From: Zootoca vivipara
Lineage: Eukaryota
DNA length: 64,000 nt
Direction of reading: 5' to 3'
Assembly: GCF_963506605.1 (NCBI RefSeq)
Contig: NC_083286.1
Span: forward strand, 27,218,001 to 27,282,000
In this document: in pieces, positions 63,899-64,000 of the stretch
How positions within the stretch are numbered: the stretch's first letter is position 1
Layout: each line of letters opens with the position of its first letter
The notes under the pieces: generated by a model
What the model was told of the DNA's origin: nothing
Databases searched by the model: none
What the model saw: only the letters and a program-made list of their open reading frames with translations
Position numbers and translations under genes: made by a program

Positions 63899-64000
63899 TA
63901 ATCACTTTCATAGTCAGCTCACAGGAATGGGGAAGCCACAGTACACATTATGTACATTGTACAGTACACATTATGGTATACTCCAGAACATACCACCCAT

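Overview
Vertebrate nuclear DNA, most likely a lacertid-type squamate, judged from its Sauria SINE, BovB, Squam3-like SINE, Penelope, L2/CR1 and Tigger/hAT MITE content. The window corresponds to the human 5q15 / chicken-Z-type syntenic block, in this order: RHOBTB3 (5' end, minus), a complete 5-exon CPT2-like carnitine acyltransferase (plus), SPATA9 (complete, plus), RFESD (complete CDS, minus), GPR150 (intronless, plus) and ARSK (last four exons, minus). Exon boundaries were read by hand from the splice sites, and all join in frame. Main highlights: (1) an intact but divergent CPT2 paralog at a locus where mammals, to my recollection, have none; (2) a full-length, open-ORF BovB whose TSD-defined 5' end coincides with a predicted HDV-like ribozyme fold; (3) a minimal hammerhead ribozyme in a rearranged Penelope element; (4) a SINE tail that supplies a SPATA9 splice acceptor's polypyrimidine tract; (5) near-identical inverted BovB copies bracketing SPATA9 exons 3-5. 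Homology calls come from recalled protein sequences, not database searches.
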